DNA of 50,862 nt from an uncultured Acidobacteriota bacterium (GCA_964448205.1 CAYUVU010000129.1:1-50862); one strand, 5' to 3'. Positions 35,965 through 45,396 are shown, counted from the first letter of the stretch. The notes: generated by a model not told the origin, from the letters alone. Program-made: numbers and translations.

Positions 35965-37212
35965 TCAGGCCTTCTGCAGGAGCACCACACGGTTCGTGTT
36001 GGTGCCCTTCCGCCGGTTGTCGACGCCCCAGCAATTGGAGGTCTTGGTGAACTGCTGGTCGTTCACCAGCACCAGGCGCGGCTCGAGGCCCGCCTCGCGG
36101 GCCGCGGGCACCACCAGACTCTCGAGCAGCAGGCGTCCGCCCCGCACTTCTCCCACTTCGAAGGCCACCAGTCCGGAGGGAGCCAGGACCCGGCGCAACT
36201 CCCGAAAGACCCGCGTCATGGCCGTCTGCCAGTCCGCCGCGCGCGTCCAGTGCCACAGCGCCACCTTATCCCCATCCACCCCGTTGAACCAGCACCGCAG
36301 CCAGTTGTCGGCCCGGTAGTTCACCACGTCGAGAAAGGGCGGCGAGGTCACGACGAGCCGGACGGTCCCGCCGGCGATCGCCGGAGTCCGGTCCGCGGAA
36401 GCGCTGAGCAACCGGGGGCGGGCGCCCCGGAGCCGCTCCCGCTCGCCGGGTTCGAGGCGGGCCAGCAGCGAACGGGTCTTCCGGAGGATGAGCCCCGCGA
36501 CGTCCCGGTCGGGCGGGCGTTGCCGGCGGCGTTCGTTGATCCGGCGCTGCGAGCGGACCGAGGCCGCCTGGTTGGGGGGGAGCGTGTACACGGAGAAGAA
36601 CCCCGGCGAGTGCCCGGTGAGCCGGTTGGTCGCCACCATCTGGATCCAGCGGTCCACCCGGTCCATCGACCCTTCGTTCCGGCGCCGCAACAACTCGTCC
36701 CGGAGGTTGACGATCCGCTGGAGGGTGGCCGGGTGGTAGAACGCCAGGAGGTCTTCCGGAGCCTCGGCGCCGCGCTCGAGATCGAACGAAGCCAGGCGCT
36801 CCGCGACCTCCCCGAGTTCCGGCGGGTCGAAACGGGGCTCCAGCAGCCGCGTGCTCAGCGGGTTGAGGTCCGAGCCCAAGGCGCGCCGGCCGAGCAGCGC
36901 CGCCTCGAGCGGAGTCGTGCCCCGGCCCATGAACGGGTCGTGGACGAGCTCCTCCGGCCGCGTCAGCCGGGTGATGAAGAACCGCGGCAACTGGGGCTTG
37001 AAGCAGGCCCGGTAGGAAACCTCGTGGAGGGAGTGCGCCGCCCGCTGCTTCGAGGTCCAGAACTCGTTGACGTACACCGGAAGCCGGACCGCGGGATCGG
37101 GGAACGCCACCACCCGCGTCCGCCTGCCGAACTCGCAGAATTCCCGCAGCCCGGTTTCGAAGCCCGGGACATCCGCCGCTCCCCCGGCCACTGCCGCCGT
37201 GCGTTGCTCCAA
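35965..37212 (-). CDS. Site-specific DNA methyltransferase (SPPF type; motif I precedes motif IV)
   Basis: DPFMGRGTTPLEAALLGRRALGSDLNP is the AdoMet motif I region at about aa 93. VVTSPPFLDVVNY is catalytic motif IV at about aa 300. TTG start, uncertain. Confidence 0.8.
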   Translation of the reverse strand: MEQRTAAVAGGAADVPGFETGLREFCEFGRRTRVVAFPDPAVRLPVYVNEFWTSKQRAAHSLHEVSYRACFKPQLPRFFITRLTRPEELVHDPFMGRGTTPLEAALLGRRALGSDLNPLSTRLLEPRFDPPELGEVAERLASFDLERGAEAPEDLLAFYHPATLQRIVNLRDELLRRRNEGSMDRVDRWIQMVATNRLTGHSPGFFSVYTLPPNQAASVRSQRRINERRRQRPPDRDVAGLILRKTRSLLARLEPGERERLRGARPRLLSASADRTPAIAGGTVRLVVTSPPFLDVVNYRADNWLRCWFNGVDGDKVALWHWTRAADWQTAMTRVFRELRRVLAPSGLVAFEVGEVRGGRLLLESLVVPAAREAGLEPRLVLVNDQQFTKTSNCWGVDNRRKGTNTNRVVLLQKA

Positions 37213-37360
37213 GTCCCGGTTCCGTCGGGCGCGATGCCCGGCGGCGATGCTACCAATGCCCGCGCCGCCAGGCTCCGGAGAGCGCCGGCGCGGTGAACCT
37301 GGCCCCGGGTGTCGAAGGGTGGCGGGAAATGGCGTCCGCCGTCCTTATGATCCCGCGCCA

Positions 37361-40300
37361 ATGAGCACTCCCGTCGGCGAGCCCGAACCGTCGCGCTGGA
37401 TCGGGGTCCGGCGGTTTCCCGACTGGCGCCGGCTCCGCCAGTGGGTGGCGCGGCAGGCATCGCTCACCGGCCCCGAGCGCGCCGTGCAGCGGCTCCGGAT
37501 CCTGGTTCCGAGCGCGGGAGCGGCATGGGTCCTGGACCGGACTCTGCGGGAGTCGCTTCCTCCGGGCGGGTCGTTCCCGGAGATCCGGGTCGCATCCTCC
37601 GCATTCGACGACCTCCCGGGCGATCTGGAACCGCCACTGCTCCCCGCGCCGCCGCTCGTCCGGGAGATCCTGATGGAGGAGGCCCTCGTCGCCGCCGTCT
37701 CGGGGGAGGACGGTCTCGAACTGCCGGACTCCGGCGATCCCGCCCAGATCGCCGATCTCTTCCTGGTTTTCCTCGACGAAACGGCGGCGGACTCGCGCGT
37801 CAGCCCGGGCGCCGCGCCGTTCGAACGTTTCGCAGAGCGCACGCAGAGGCGTCTTCTCGAAGCCGGCGAGACCGACGCCGGCGCGCTGCGGCTGCTCGCT
37901 CTGGTCCGCTGGCTCCGTCGCGCCCATGCGCACTACCGGCAAGCCCTCGAAGACACGGCGCGCGGGGATCCGGGGAGCCTTCGCGAGCGGCTGATGGCGT
38001 CGGCCGGGACCTTCCGTCCGCGCTTCGCGGGGACCCGGGTGCTCGCCGTCGGTGAGGACGCCGTCCAGCCCGCCGACCTCCAGTTGCTCGGCTCGCTGCT
38101 GCCACCGGGCGCCGTCGTCTGGGCGGTCCCGGAGGGAGCTCCGCTTCCGGCGCCACCCGACGGGATCGCGTTCCGGCGCGACCCTGAAGACTCCGCAGGC
38201 GAGCCGGTCCTCTCCCGGGCCCAACCCACGCTCTTCTCCCGTCCCGACGCGTCTTCATCCACCCGGCGGAGCAGCCCGCCGGCGATCTTCGTCCCCGCGA
38301 CCGGGACGGACGACGCGGTCTTCGGGGTCTTCGAGGCCACCGACCGCGCGGCCGAGGCCCGCCTCGCGGCGGACCTCCTCGTGCGGTTCCGGGACGGTCA
38401 GGAGCGCAGCTTCCCCGGTTACCAGAGGTGCGCCATCCTCGCTCAGCAACCCCGTTCCTACCTGGACGCGGTGGAAAGCGCCCTCGCGGGGCACGGGATT
38501 CCGCTCGAAACCCCGATCCGGCCCGGCCTGACGCGGCACCCCTGGGTCGCCGCCGTCGCGGACGTCCTGGAGTTCGGCGCTTGTCCGGGCCGGCTCTCGC
38601 TGGGCCTGAACCTCCTGCGGACGCCCTTCCTGAGCCTTCCGGACCTTTCGCAGGCGCCGGCGCACACGGCCGATGTCCTCGCCGGTGAACTGCTCCGCGC
38701 CGGTGTCCGCGACACCCAGGCGCCCGAAGCACTGCCCGGAATCGCCTCCCGCCTCGAACACGATGCCGAGCGCCTGGCCCGGCCGGCGGACGGATTCCTG
38801 CGGGCCGGGACTGAAACCGACATCGAACCGCGGGCGGAGCGGTTCCGGAGGCAGGCCGCCCGCCTCCGCATCGCCGCCCGGGCACTGTCGCGGCTCTCCA
38901 TCCTGGCGGACGCCCTCCGCCCGATCCGTGACGAGGACGCCACCTTCGGAGGCGCGGTCGAAGCGCTGATCGGATTCCTCGAACTGCACTTCGAACCGCC
39001 CGCCGACACGAGTCCCGACGTCCGCGACGCGGTGCTTCAGGCGCTTCGCCAGGCTGCCGGAGCGGCGCCCGCCGAGGCGCGCGCCGGGGGCGGCTCCCGC
39101 TTCGTGCGCCGGATCCGCAGGCTTCTGAACCGCCGGACCGTCGCCGGCGGCGGCGGGCGCGGGGTCCATCTCGTCGCTGCGAACGACGCGCCGTTCGGCG
39201 ACTACGACTTCATCGTCCTTCTCGGCATGGTGGACGCCGACTGGCCGGGCCGGCGGCCCGGAAACATCTTCTTCCCCGCCCATCTCCTCGAAGACGCCAC
39301 CCGGGCCCGCCATTCCAGGAGCCGGGACCGGGAGGTCCGTCTCCTCCGCGCGCTGCCCGGGCTCCCGGCCGGCGCCGCGGCCTTCCTGCGTCCCCAGCTC
39401 GACGACGGTTTCCCGGTCGCCACGTCGGCGCTGGAGATCGAGCTGACCGAAGCGGTGCTGAACGCGGAGCCAGGGCACCCGCTGCTCCCGGCGCCGGACC
39501 GGGACCTCCCGGCGGCTCCGGTGGCGGCAGTCGAGCCCCTGCCCACGACGCTCGACCGTCACGCCTCCGCCGCCGCCGTGCTGGAACGCCCGCTCTCCCC
39601 GACGGCGCTCGACACTTACCGAAAGAGCCCCGCCCAGTTCTTCGCCCGCTACGTCCTCCGCCTGGACGAGGAGCGCCCCCTCGCCGACGTCCCTCCCCCG
39701 ACCGAACGCGGAGAACTGCTCCACGCCTTCCTGGAGCGGAGTTATACCGCGCTTCGGGATGCCGGGCTCGGGGTCTCGGAATCCACCCTCGAGGAGGTCC
39801 TCGCCTTCTTCCACCAGGAGTTCGAGCGCTTCGCGGCGGCGCGGGGACTGTCGGACACCGATCGGCGCATCGAGAAAGCGTGGCTCTTCGGCGGCGATGC
39901 GACCGCCCCGGCGATGGAGTGGTTCCTGCGCGAGGAAGCCACCCGGGGCGCGGCCACCCTGGACCGGGTGGAGAGCTGGATCGCGGGAGAGATCGAAGGC
40001 CTGCGCGTCCACGGGCAACTGGACCGGCTGGATCGGCTGGCCGGCGGGGGCCGGCGGGTCGTCGAGTACAAGTCCGGCCGTTTCTACGAGAAACCGCTGC
40101 AGGCGCGGCTCTACGCGCGCCTCCTGGAAGCCGGGGATCGGGTTCCGACCGCGGTTGTCATCCCCTACTTCGGCAGCCGGCGCTGGATCGGTCCCGAGGA
40201 TCCGCCGGACGATGCCGAACAGGACGCGCAGCTCGTTGCGATCCGCGAGGGGCTGGCCCGGGGGGACTTCTCCCTGCCCGAGGCGGACGGCGCCTTCGAT

Positions 40301-40396
40301 TTCCACCTCGTGGTCCGGCGGGACCTGCCGGACCGGGCCGTCCCGGCCACGGACCGTGGGCCGGATGAGGCGCGGGACGCCGGCGCGGAAGCCTGA
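37361..40396 (+). CDS. AddB-like PD-(D/E)XK nuclease subunit (degenerate helicase-like N-terminus)
   Basis: The C-terminal RecB-type nuclease motif is HGQLDRLDRL...RRVVEYKSG. I see no Walker A and no C-terminal Cys cluster. The track ORF was trimmed to ATG 37361 (MSTPVGEPEPSRW). Confidence 0.75.
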   Translation: MSTPVGEPEPSRWIGVRRFPDWRRLRQWVARQASLTGPERAVQRLRILVPSAGAAWVLDRTLRESLPPGGSFPEIRVASSAFDDLPGDLEPPLLPAPPLVREILMEEALVAAVSGEDGLELPDSGDPAQIADLFLVFLDETAADSRVSPGAAPFERFAERTQRRLLEAGETDAGALRLLALVRWLRRAHAHYRQALEDTARGDPGSLRERLMASAGTFRPRFAGTRVLAVGEDAVQPADLQLLGSLLPPGAVVWAVPEGAPLPAPPDGIAFRRDPEDSAGEPVLSRAQPTLFSRPDASSSTRRSSPPAIFVPATGTDDAVFGVFEATDRAAEARLAADLLVRFRDGQERSFPGYQRCAILAQQPRSYLDAVESALAGHGIPLETPIRPGLTRHPWVAAVADVLEFGACPGRLSLGLNLLRTPFLSLPDLSQAPAHTADVLAGELLRAGVRDTQAPEALPGIASRLEHDAERLARPADGFLRAGTETDIEPRAERFRRQAARLRIAARALSRLSILADALRPIRDEDATFGGAVEALIGFLELHFEPPADTSPDVRDAVLQALRQAAGAAPAEARAGGGSRFVRRIRRLLNRRTVAGGGGRGVHLVAANDAPFGDYDFIVLLGMVDADWPGRRPGNIFFPAHLLEDATRARHSRSRDREVRLLRALPGLPAGAAAFLRPQLDDGFPVATSALEIELTEAVLNAEPGHPLLPAPDRDLPAAPVAAVEPLPTTLDRHASAAAVLERPLSPTALDTYRKSPAQFFARYVLRLDEERPLADVPPPTERGELLHAFLERSYTALRDAGLGVSESTLEEVLAFFHQEFERFAAARGLSDTDRRIEKAWLFGGDATAPAMEWFLREEATRGAATLDRVESWIAGEIEGLRVHGQLDRLDRLAGGGRRVVEYKSGRFYEKPLQARLYARLLEAGDRVPTAVVIPYFGSRRWIGPEDPPDDAEQDAQLVAIREGLARGDFSLPEADGAFDFHLVVRRDLPDRAVPATDRGPDEARDAGAEA

Positions 40397-40400
40397 ACCC

Positions 40401-43070
40401 ATGTCCGAGGCCGGTTTCCGCCCCTCCGACGCCGCCGCGCGGGAGGCCGCCGCCGACCCCCGCCGCAACGCGGTCCTGCGCGCCTCCGCCGGCACCGGCA
40501 AGACGACGGTCCTCACCAACCGTTACGTGCGGCTCGTGGAAGCGGGGGTGCCGCCCCGGAACATCCTGGCGCTGACCTTCACCCGGAAGGCGGCGCAGGA
40601 GATGAAGGACCGCATTCTCCAGGAACTGACCGCGTCGCGCCGCCGCCGCACTCTGCCCGAAGGCGCCGACATCGCCGAGGTGAGCATCTCGACGCTCGAC
40701 GCCTTCACCCTCGGCCTGATCCGTGAGTTCCCCCTGGACGCGGGAGTCAGTCCGGGCATCGAAGTCCTTGACGAGCGCTCCATGCCCGTATTCCGGGCCG
40801 AAGCGAGCGACCGCGTCTTCTCCGGCGTCACCGGCTTTGACCGGGAGGTCCTCGCTTCGCTGCCGCTTCTCCTCGGCCGTTCGCCGAGCAAGATGAGGGA
40901 AGCGGTTCACGAGTATCTGGAGCGGCGGCTCGCCTGGCGGCGGCTGTTCGAGGCGAAGGCCGCCGCGCGGCGCGGCCGGCCGGGGCCGCCTCCACGTCTC
41001 CAGCGGTTTCTCCGTCCCGTGGCGGACTCCTGCCGGCGCCTTCGGGAGGCCGCCGGGGACGGCTCGGCCGGGTTGGAGATCCCGTTCGCCGTGCGGCTCG
41101 CGCTCCGCGCCGAGGAGCAGGGAAGCAGCCGGGACGCCCTCGACCGGGAGGCTCTGGAGGGCTACTTCCGCACCGACCTCAAGAACCCTCCCAGGAACGT
41201 TCCCGGGCCGCTCAAGGCGGACTACGCCGCCGTCACCGCGAAGGTCAGGGAGTTCCGCTCCCGCTGGCTGGACCACCTGAACGAACACGCCTTCGGACCG
41301 GTCTGGGAGCTCTTTCAGGCGGTGGAACGGGAGTACGACCGGCTGAAGCAGGAACGCCGGGTCATGGATTTCGACGATCTCACGCTAGCGGCCACCAGGC
41401 TCCTGCAGGAACTGGGGGAGTTCTCCGCGAGCCGCTTCCGGCTGGAGGCGCGCTACCACCACCTGCTGCTCGACGAGTTTCACGACACGAGCGATCCCCA
41501 GTGGGAACTCCTGCAGGCGATCATCGCCCCCTGGGCCGCCGGCGAAGGGCTGGTGTCCGAAGAAGTGCGCCGGGTGACCGGGGGCAAGCTCTCCCGGCCC
41601 ACGATCTTCGTGGTCGCGGACCACAAGCAGTCGATCTACCGGTTTCGGGACGCTCGCGTCGAGATCCTGAGCCAGGCCGAGAACGCGATCCAGGTGCTCG
41701 CGCAACCGGGCGATCCCCCTTCGCCGAAGCTCGTGTTGCGGTGGAACTTCCGCTCGAACCTCCGGCTGCGGCGCTTCGTGAACAGCGCCGGGGCGGAGAT
41801 CGCGAAAGCGTCCAGCGCGGCTCCGGATTCGGACTGGGCATTCCGGTACGACCCGGAGGACCACTTTCCCGCCGACGGCAACCCGGAGGACGAGCCGCCC
41901 GCCCTCGCCGTGGCGGTCGCGGGCAGTCACGAGGAAGTCGCCTCCCGCATCGCCGCCCGGATCGAGGCGCTGCTGCAACACGACGGGGTGCGCCCGGAAC
42001 AGGTTGCGCTGCTGGCCCGGACCAGCACGAACCTGGCGGTGTATCTCGATGCGCTGAAGCGGCGCGGGATCCCCACCTTCGTCTTCAAGGGCGCCGGGTT
42101 TTTCGACACCAGCGAACTCCGTGACCTGAGGGCGCTGTGCCGCTATCTCGCCCGGCCGCACTCCGACCGGCGTGCCGTGGAACTGCTCCGGTCCCGCTTC
42201 TTCGCGCTCCCGGGAAACGATTTCGCCCGGCTCCGGCGAGCCAGCGACTCCGCCACTCCCTTCGCCGAACTCCTGCTGACCGAAGGAGACGGGCTCCCGG
42301 AAGCGCTGCCCGCGACAACCCGCCTCCGGCTGCAACACGCGGGGAACGCCGGCGGACCGTGGATCCGTCTCGCCCGCCGGCTCGCGCCCTCGCGCGCGGT
42401 CGCTCACATCCTCGAAGAGACCGACTACCTCCGCCGCTCCGAAGCCGCGGCGCAGGCTCCGTACGAGGCCGCGCAGCAGGCGGCGAACATCGCGAAGGCG
42501 CTCCAGATGCTGCGGGGATTCGAACGCGACGGCTTTGTCAGCTTCGAACGGGTGTCCGAGGCGCTCGAAAGCGCCGCGAACGGCGACGCGACCCAGGCGC
42601 CGCTGGAGGCGAGGGGCGCCGTGCAGGCGCTTTCGATCCACGCCGCCAAGGGCCTGGAGTTCGATCACGTGTTCCTCGTGGACTGCGGCGGCCGGGGGAA
42701 GCAGGACACCCGCATCCCCCGGGTGGTCGAGAGCGCGGACGGCGTCTGGAACATCGCCCTCGTCACCCGGGGCACCGCCTGGCAGACGACCGACGGGGGA
42801 CGCGCGGAGTCGGAGGAGCGCCGCTGCCTCTACGTGGCGATGACGCGCGCCAGGATGAGCCTCACCCTCTCCTGGAAGACGCGGATCACGAACGCCGGAA
42901 AGCCCCACGGCGCGGACCGGCCTCAGTACCTCCCGGCCGATCTCGCCACCCTGGCGTCCCTGACGATGCTCCGTGACGTCACTTCCATCGCCTGGGCCGG
43001 ACATGACATCGACGTGCTGCCGCCAGCCGGATCCCCCGCGGAGGAGCAGGCGGCCCCGGAATCGGGGTGA
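40401..43070 (+). CDS. UvrD/Rep-family (AddA/RecB-like) helicase without a C-terminal nuclease domain
   Basis: ASAGTGKTTVLTNRYV (Walker A), LLLDEFHDTS (motif II) and LYVAMTRARMSL (motif VI). The ATG lies 4 nt after the AddB-like stop. Length 889 aa. Confidence 0.85.
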   Translation: MSEAGFRPSDAAAREAAADPRRNAVLRASAGTGKTTVLTNRYVRLVEAGVPPRNILALTFTRKAAQEMKDRILQELTASRRRRTLPEGADIAEVSISTLDAFTLGLIREFPLDAGVSPGIEVLDERSMPVFRAEASDRVFSGVTGFDREVLASLPLLLGRSPSKMREAVHEYLERRLAWRRLFEAKAAARRGRPGPPPRLQRFLRPVADSCRRLREAAGDGSAGLEIPFAVRLALRAEEQGSSRDALDREALEGYFRTDLKNPPRNVPGPLKADYAAVTAKVREFRSRWLDHLNEHAFGPVWELFQAVEREYDRLKQERRVMDFDDLTLAATRLLQELGEFSASRFRLEARYHHLLLDEFHDTSDPQWELLQAIIAPWAAGEGLVSEEVRRVTGGKLSRPTIFVVADHKQSIYRFRDARVEILSQAENAIQVLAQPGDPPSPKLVLRWNFRSNLRLRRFVNSAGAEIAKASSAAPDSDWAFRYDPEDHFPADGNPEDEPPALAVAVAGSHEEVASRIAARIEALLQHDGVRPEQVALLARTSTNLAVYLDALKRRGIPTFVFKGAGFFDTSELRDLRALCRYLARPHSDRRAVELLRSRFFALPGNDFARLRRASDSATPFAELLLTEGDGLPEALPATTRLRLQHAGNAGGPWIRLARRLAPSRAVAHILEETDYLRRSEAAAQAPYEAAQQAANIAKALQMLRGFERDGFVSFERVSEALESAANGDATQAPLEARGAVQALSIHAAKGLEFDHVFLVDCGGRGKQDTRIPRVVESADGVWNIALVTRGTAWQTTDGGRAESEERRCLYVAMTRARMSLTLSWKTRITNAGKPHGADRPQYLPADLATLASLTMLRDVTSIAWAGHDIDVLPPAGSPAEEQAAPESG

Positions 43071-43654
43071 CGGCCGAGGGACGCGCGATGGCTTCCCGCG
43101 GCCGCGCGGCGACCGCCACGCGCGTACTCGCCCACCGGATCGTTCACCGGGCGTGTCACCGGGGAGACCAACCGGACCTCGACGCCGCCGTCCGCCTCGC
43201 GGACGAGCGACTCGTTCCTTCGGCGGCCGCCCGCCGCGCGGTCGCCGCCGAGGCGCTACGGCTTGCGGTTACGGTGCTCGAGGCGCGGAGGCCCGGGGGG
43301 CCTCTCGAGGGGGCGTTGCGCGCCAACGTTCGGGTCGGCCTGCGCCAGCGCGACGGCAGCGCCCGCGTGGTGTTGATCCCGACTCTGTTCCTGCCAGACG
43401 GGACGGGGGTGCCCCGGGTGATCGCGGTGCAGGACGGCGACGCCGAGTCGGCGATGCGCCGAGCCCGCCGCTACCGGCACGCGGCCCGCGTCCTGTTGGG
43501 CCGTCCCGTACGGGCGTTCGTGGTTCGGGCCGGCGGAGCGCTCGAAGAGTTGCCGCCGGGCCCCGTCAGTCGCAGCGGACCGCGCGGGGCGGCGTATCCA
43601 GGCAGAGAATGTTCGCCGTCCGGCCGTCCGCGATCCGGGCGCAGGCCCCGGTAA
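43067..43654 (+). CDS. Hypothetical protein, start coupled to the helicase stop
   Basis: GTG 43067 overlaps the TGA of the helicase gene (GTGA). GC3 is high for the first ~165 codons. The last ~30 codons overlap the convergent small gene and look less coding-like. Confidence 0.4.
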   Translation: MTAEGRAMASRGRAATATRVLAHRIVHRACHRGDQPDLDAAVRLADERLVPSAAARRAVAAEALRLAVTVLEARRPGGPLEGALRANVRVGLRQRDGSARVVLIPTLFLPDGTGVPRVIAVQDGDAESAMRRARRYRHAARVLLGRPVRAFVVRAGGALEELPPGPVSRSGPRGAAYPGRECSPSGRPRSGRRPR

Positions 43655-43841
43655 CCGCGGCGCGGATCGCGTCGGGCTCGGTGGCGCCCTGGGCGGTCAC
43701 CGTGGCCTGCCGGCCCGCCATCTCCATGGTTACCTCGCACCGCGCCTGGCCCATGGTGAGGGTCGAATACATCAGGAAGACGACCAGCAGCGCGAAGAGC
43801 CCGAAGACGAGCCAGCCGATCCGCCGGATCCTGGGGTTCAT
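43566..43841 (-). CDS. Small single-pass membrane protein (91 aa, 4 Cys)
   Basis: MNPRIRRIGWLVFGLFALLVVFLMYS is a TM helix. The ATG overlaps the DDAH-like stop (ATGA). Confidence 0.5.
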   Translation of the reverse strand: MNPRIRRIGWLVFGLFALLVVFLMYSTLTMGQARCEVTMEMAGRQATVTAQGATEPDAIRAAVTGACARIADGRTANILCLDTPPRAVRCD

Positions 43842-44746
43842 GAAGCCGCCTGCCGGACCAGCGGCCGGGTCAGGCAGGTGGGACCTCCCGAGCCGTTCTG
43901 GCTGATCTCGCCGCCCTCGTAGGTCAGCACGTCGAAGCCGGCGTCCCGCAGCCGGGCGTTCGTTTCGCGGTTGGCCGCGATGGCCAGCAGGGTCCGTTCC
44001 CCGAGCGCCAGCACGTTGGCGGCCATCGTGGAGCGCTCGGCCTCGACGATGGGGATGAACTCCCAGCCGCGCGCCTTCAGCATCTCGAAGGTCGGCACAC
44101 CGAGAAACCGGAGATCGGCCACCATCGTGCGCCGGTCGAGCACGCTGATCAGCGACATCAGGTGGAGGCAGCAACGGGGCCCGTCGCCGAACGGCAGCGG
44201 CACGGGCACGACCTCGACCCCGTCGGTCGCGAGGATGCCGGCAAGCTGCGCGATTCCCGCCGCGTTCGTGCGATAGCCCTCCCCCGCGAGCAGGGTGTGC
44301 TCGTCCAGCCACACCAGGTCGCCGCCCTCCGCGAGCCCCGGCGCTCCGACGACGCCGATCACCGGGATCCCCTGCCTTTCGTAGATCCGGGCGTGCGCCG
44401 CGGGTTCCCCGCTCCGGTTCTCCTTGCCCATCCGCATGAGGACCATGCCCCTCGGAGTCGGGAACGAGGCATCGTGGCAGTAGACGGCGTCGGGGGTCAG
44501 TCCCGGCAGAAGCCCGTCCGGCTCCACGACGTCAACGCCGCACCCGAGCAGCAGCGACCGGATCCGCTCGTGCTGGCGGGCGGCCAGTGTCTCCTCGGGC
44601 GGATGGAGGTACCCGAGGTCCCGCCACGACGCACCCGCGTTCCAGCCCACGGCGCCGGGGTCGATCAGGAGCGAGCGCACGAGCTTCCCGCACATGCTGG
44701 GAGGCCCGAGGCCGGCCGCCGCCGGCGCCGACGTCGCGCTCGTCAT
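43838..44746 (-). CDS. Amidinotransferase-fold enzyme (dimethylarginine dimethylaminohydrolase / arginine deiminase-like)
   Basis: The C-terminal catalytic Cys motif is GGGPTCLTRPL (as ...SGGPTCLTRPL). The region ...LHLMSLISV... is typical of the DDAH family. Confidence 0.8.
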   Translation of the reverse strand: MTSATSAPAAAGLGPPSMCGKLVRSLLIDPGAVGWNAGASWRDLGYLHPPEETLAARQHERIRSLLLGCGVDVVEPDGLLPGLTPDAVYCHDASFPTPRGMVLMRMGKENRSGEPAAHARIYERQGIPVIGVVGAPGLAEGGDLVWLDEHTLLAGEGYRTNAAGIAQLAGILATDGVEVVPVPLPFGDGPRCCLHLMSLISVLDRRTMVADLRFLGVPTFEMLKARGWEFIPIVEAERSTMAANVLALGERTLLAIAANRETNARLRDAGFDVLTYEGGEISQNGSGGPTCLTRPLVRQAAS

Positions 44747-44805
44747 GGGACCGGAACGCTAGCAGCCGGCGAGCGGCTCTCTGGTATCTCTGTGGAGGCC
44801 CGGAG

Positions 44806-44813
44806 TGATATCA
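44806..44813. promoter_or_regulatory. Perfect 8-bp palindrome TGATATCA: candidate operator overlapping an extended -10 (TGaTATCAT) for the MNT/HEPN operon
   Basis: It lies 13 nt upstream of ATG 44827. No SD is present in between, so the mRNA would have a very short leader. Confidence 0.4.
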
Positions 44814-44826
44814 TCCGTCAACGACC

Positions 44827-45396
44827 ATGACATCACCGGCTGAGACCCGCGGATCGGGCCGGTTCCTGCTTCGAATGCCGCCGACCCTGCACGACACCCT
44901 CCGCTCCGCGGCGCGGGCGGCGGGGCTGTCGCTCAACGAGTACTGCGTGCGGCGGCTCGTCACCGGCAGTGTCGTCCACGAGAATGCCGCGGTGCTCGTT
45001 TCCCGGGCCGCCGCGGTGGTGGGAGACGCGCTCGCCGCCGTGGTGCTGCACGGATCCTGGGTTCGCGGTGACGCCGGCTCCGGGTCCGATGTCGACGCGG
45101 TGATCGTGATCGACCGGACCGTGCCGCTTCGCCGTTCGCTCTACCGCAAGTGGGACGAGCAGTCCGTCACCTGGAGCCATCGTCCAGTGGATCCCCATTT
45201 TGTCCACCTTCCCGCGGACGCGAGACTGAGTGGGCTCTGGGCCGAGATCGCGACCCACGGATTGATCGTTTTCGACCGCGACGGTGACCTCGGGGCCTGT
45301 CTGGCCCGGGTTCGCGGGGCGATCGCCGACGGCCGGCTGCGCCGCCGGACAGCGCACGGCCAGCCCTACTGGACCGAAGCGCCAGCGTTCCCGTGA
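44827..45396 (+). CDS. RHH (HicB/CopG-like) DNA-binding domain fused to minimal nucleotidyltransferase (MNT-type antitoxin)
   Basis: GRFLLRMPPTLHDTLRSAARAAGLSLNEYCVRRL has a ribbon-helix-helix pattern. HGSWVRGDAGSGSDVDAVIV carries the GS...DxD pol-beta NTase motif. Confidence 0.8.
   Translation: MTSPAETRGSGRFLLRMPPTLHDTLRSAARAAGLSLNEYCVRRLVTGSVVHENAAVLVSRAAAVVGDALAAVVLHGSWVRGDAGSGSDVDAVIVIDRTVPLRRSLYRKWDEQSVTWSHRPVDPHFVHLPADARLSGLWAEIATHGLIVFDRDGDLGACLARVRGAIADGRLRRRTAHGQPYWTEAPAFP

Noticed and set aside
35965-37360. A classical restriction-modification system around the methyltransferase.
   Set aside because: Neither flank has an ORF of suitable size and orientation without another clear function. 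The neighbours are the GH3 fusion (4 nt away) and the AddB-like gene.
43067-43654. The 195-aa ORF as the missing AddA nuclease domain.
   Set aside because: It has no D...(D/E)xK RecB-nuclease motif. The region VVLIPTLFLPDG...VIAVQDGD has no Lys at the expected position.
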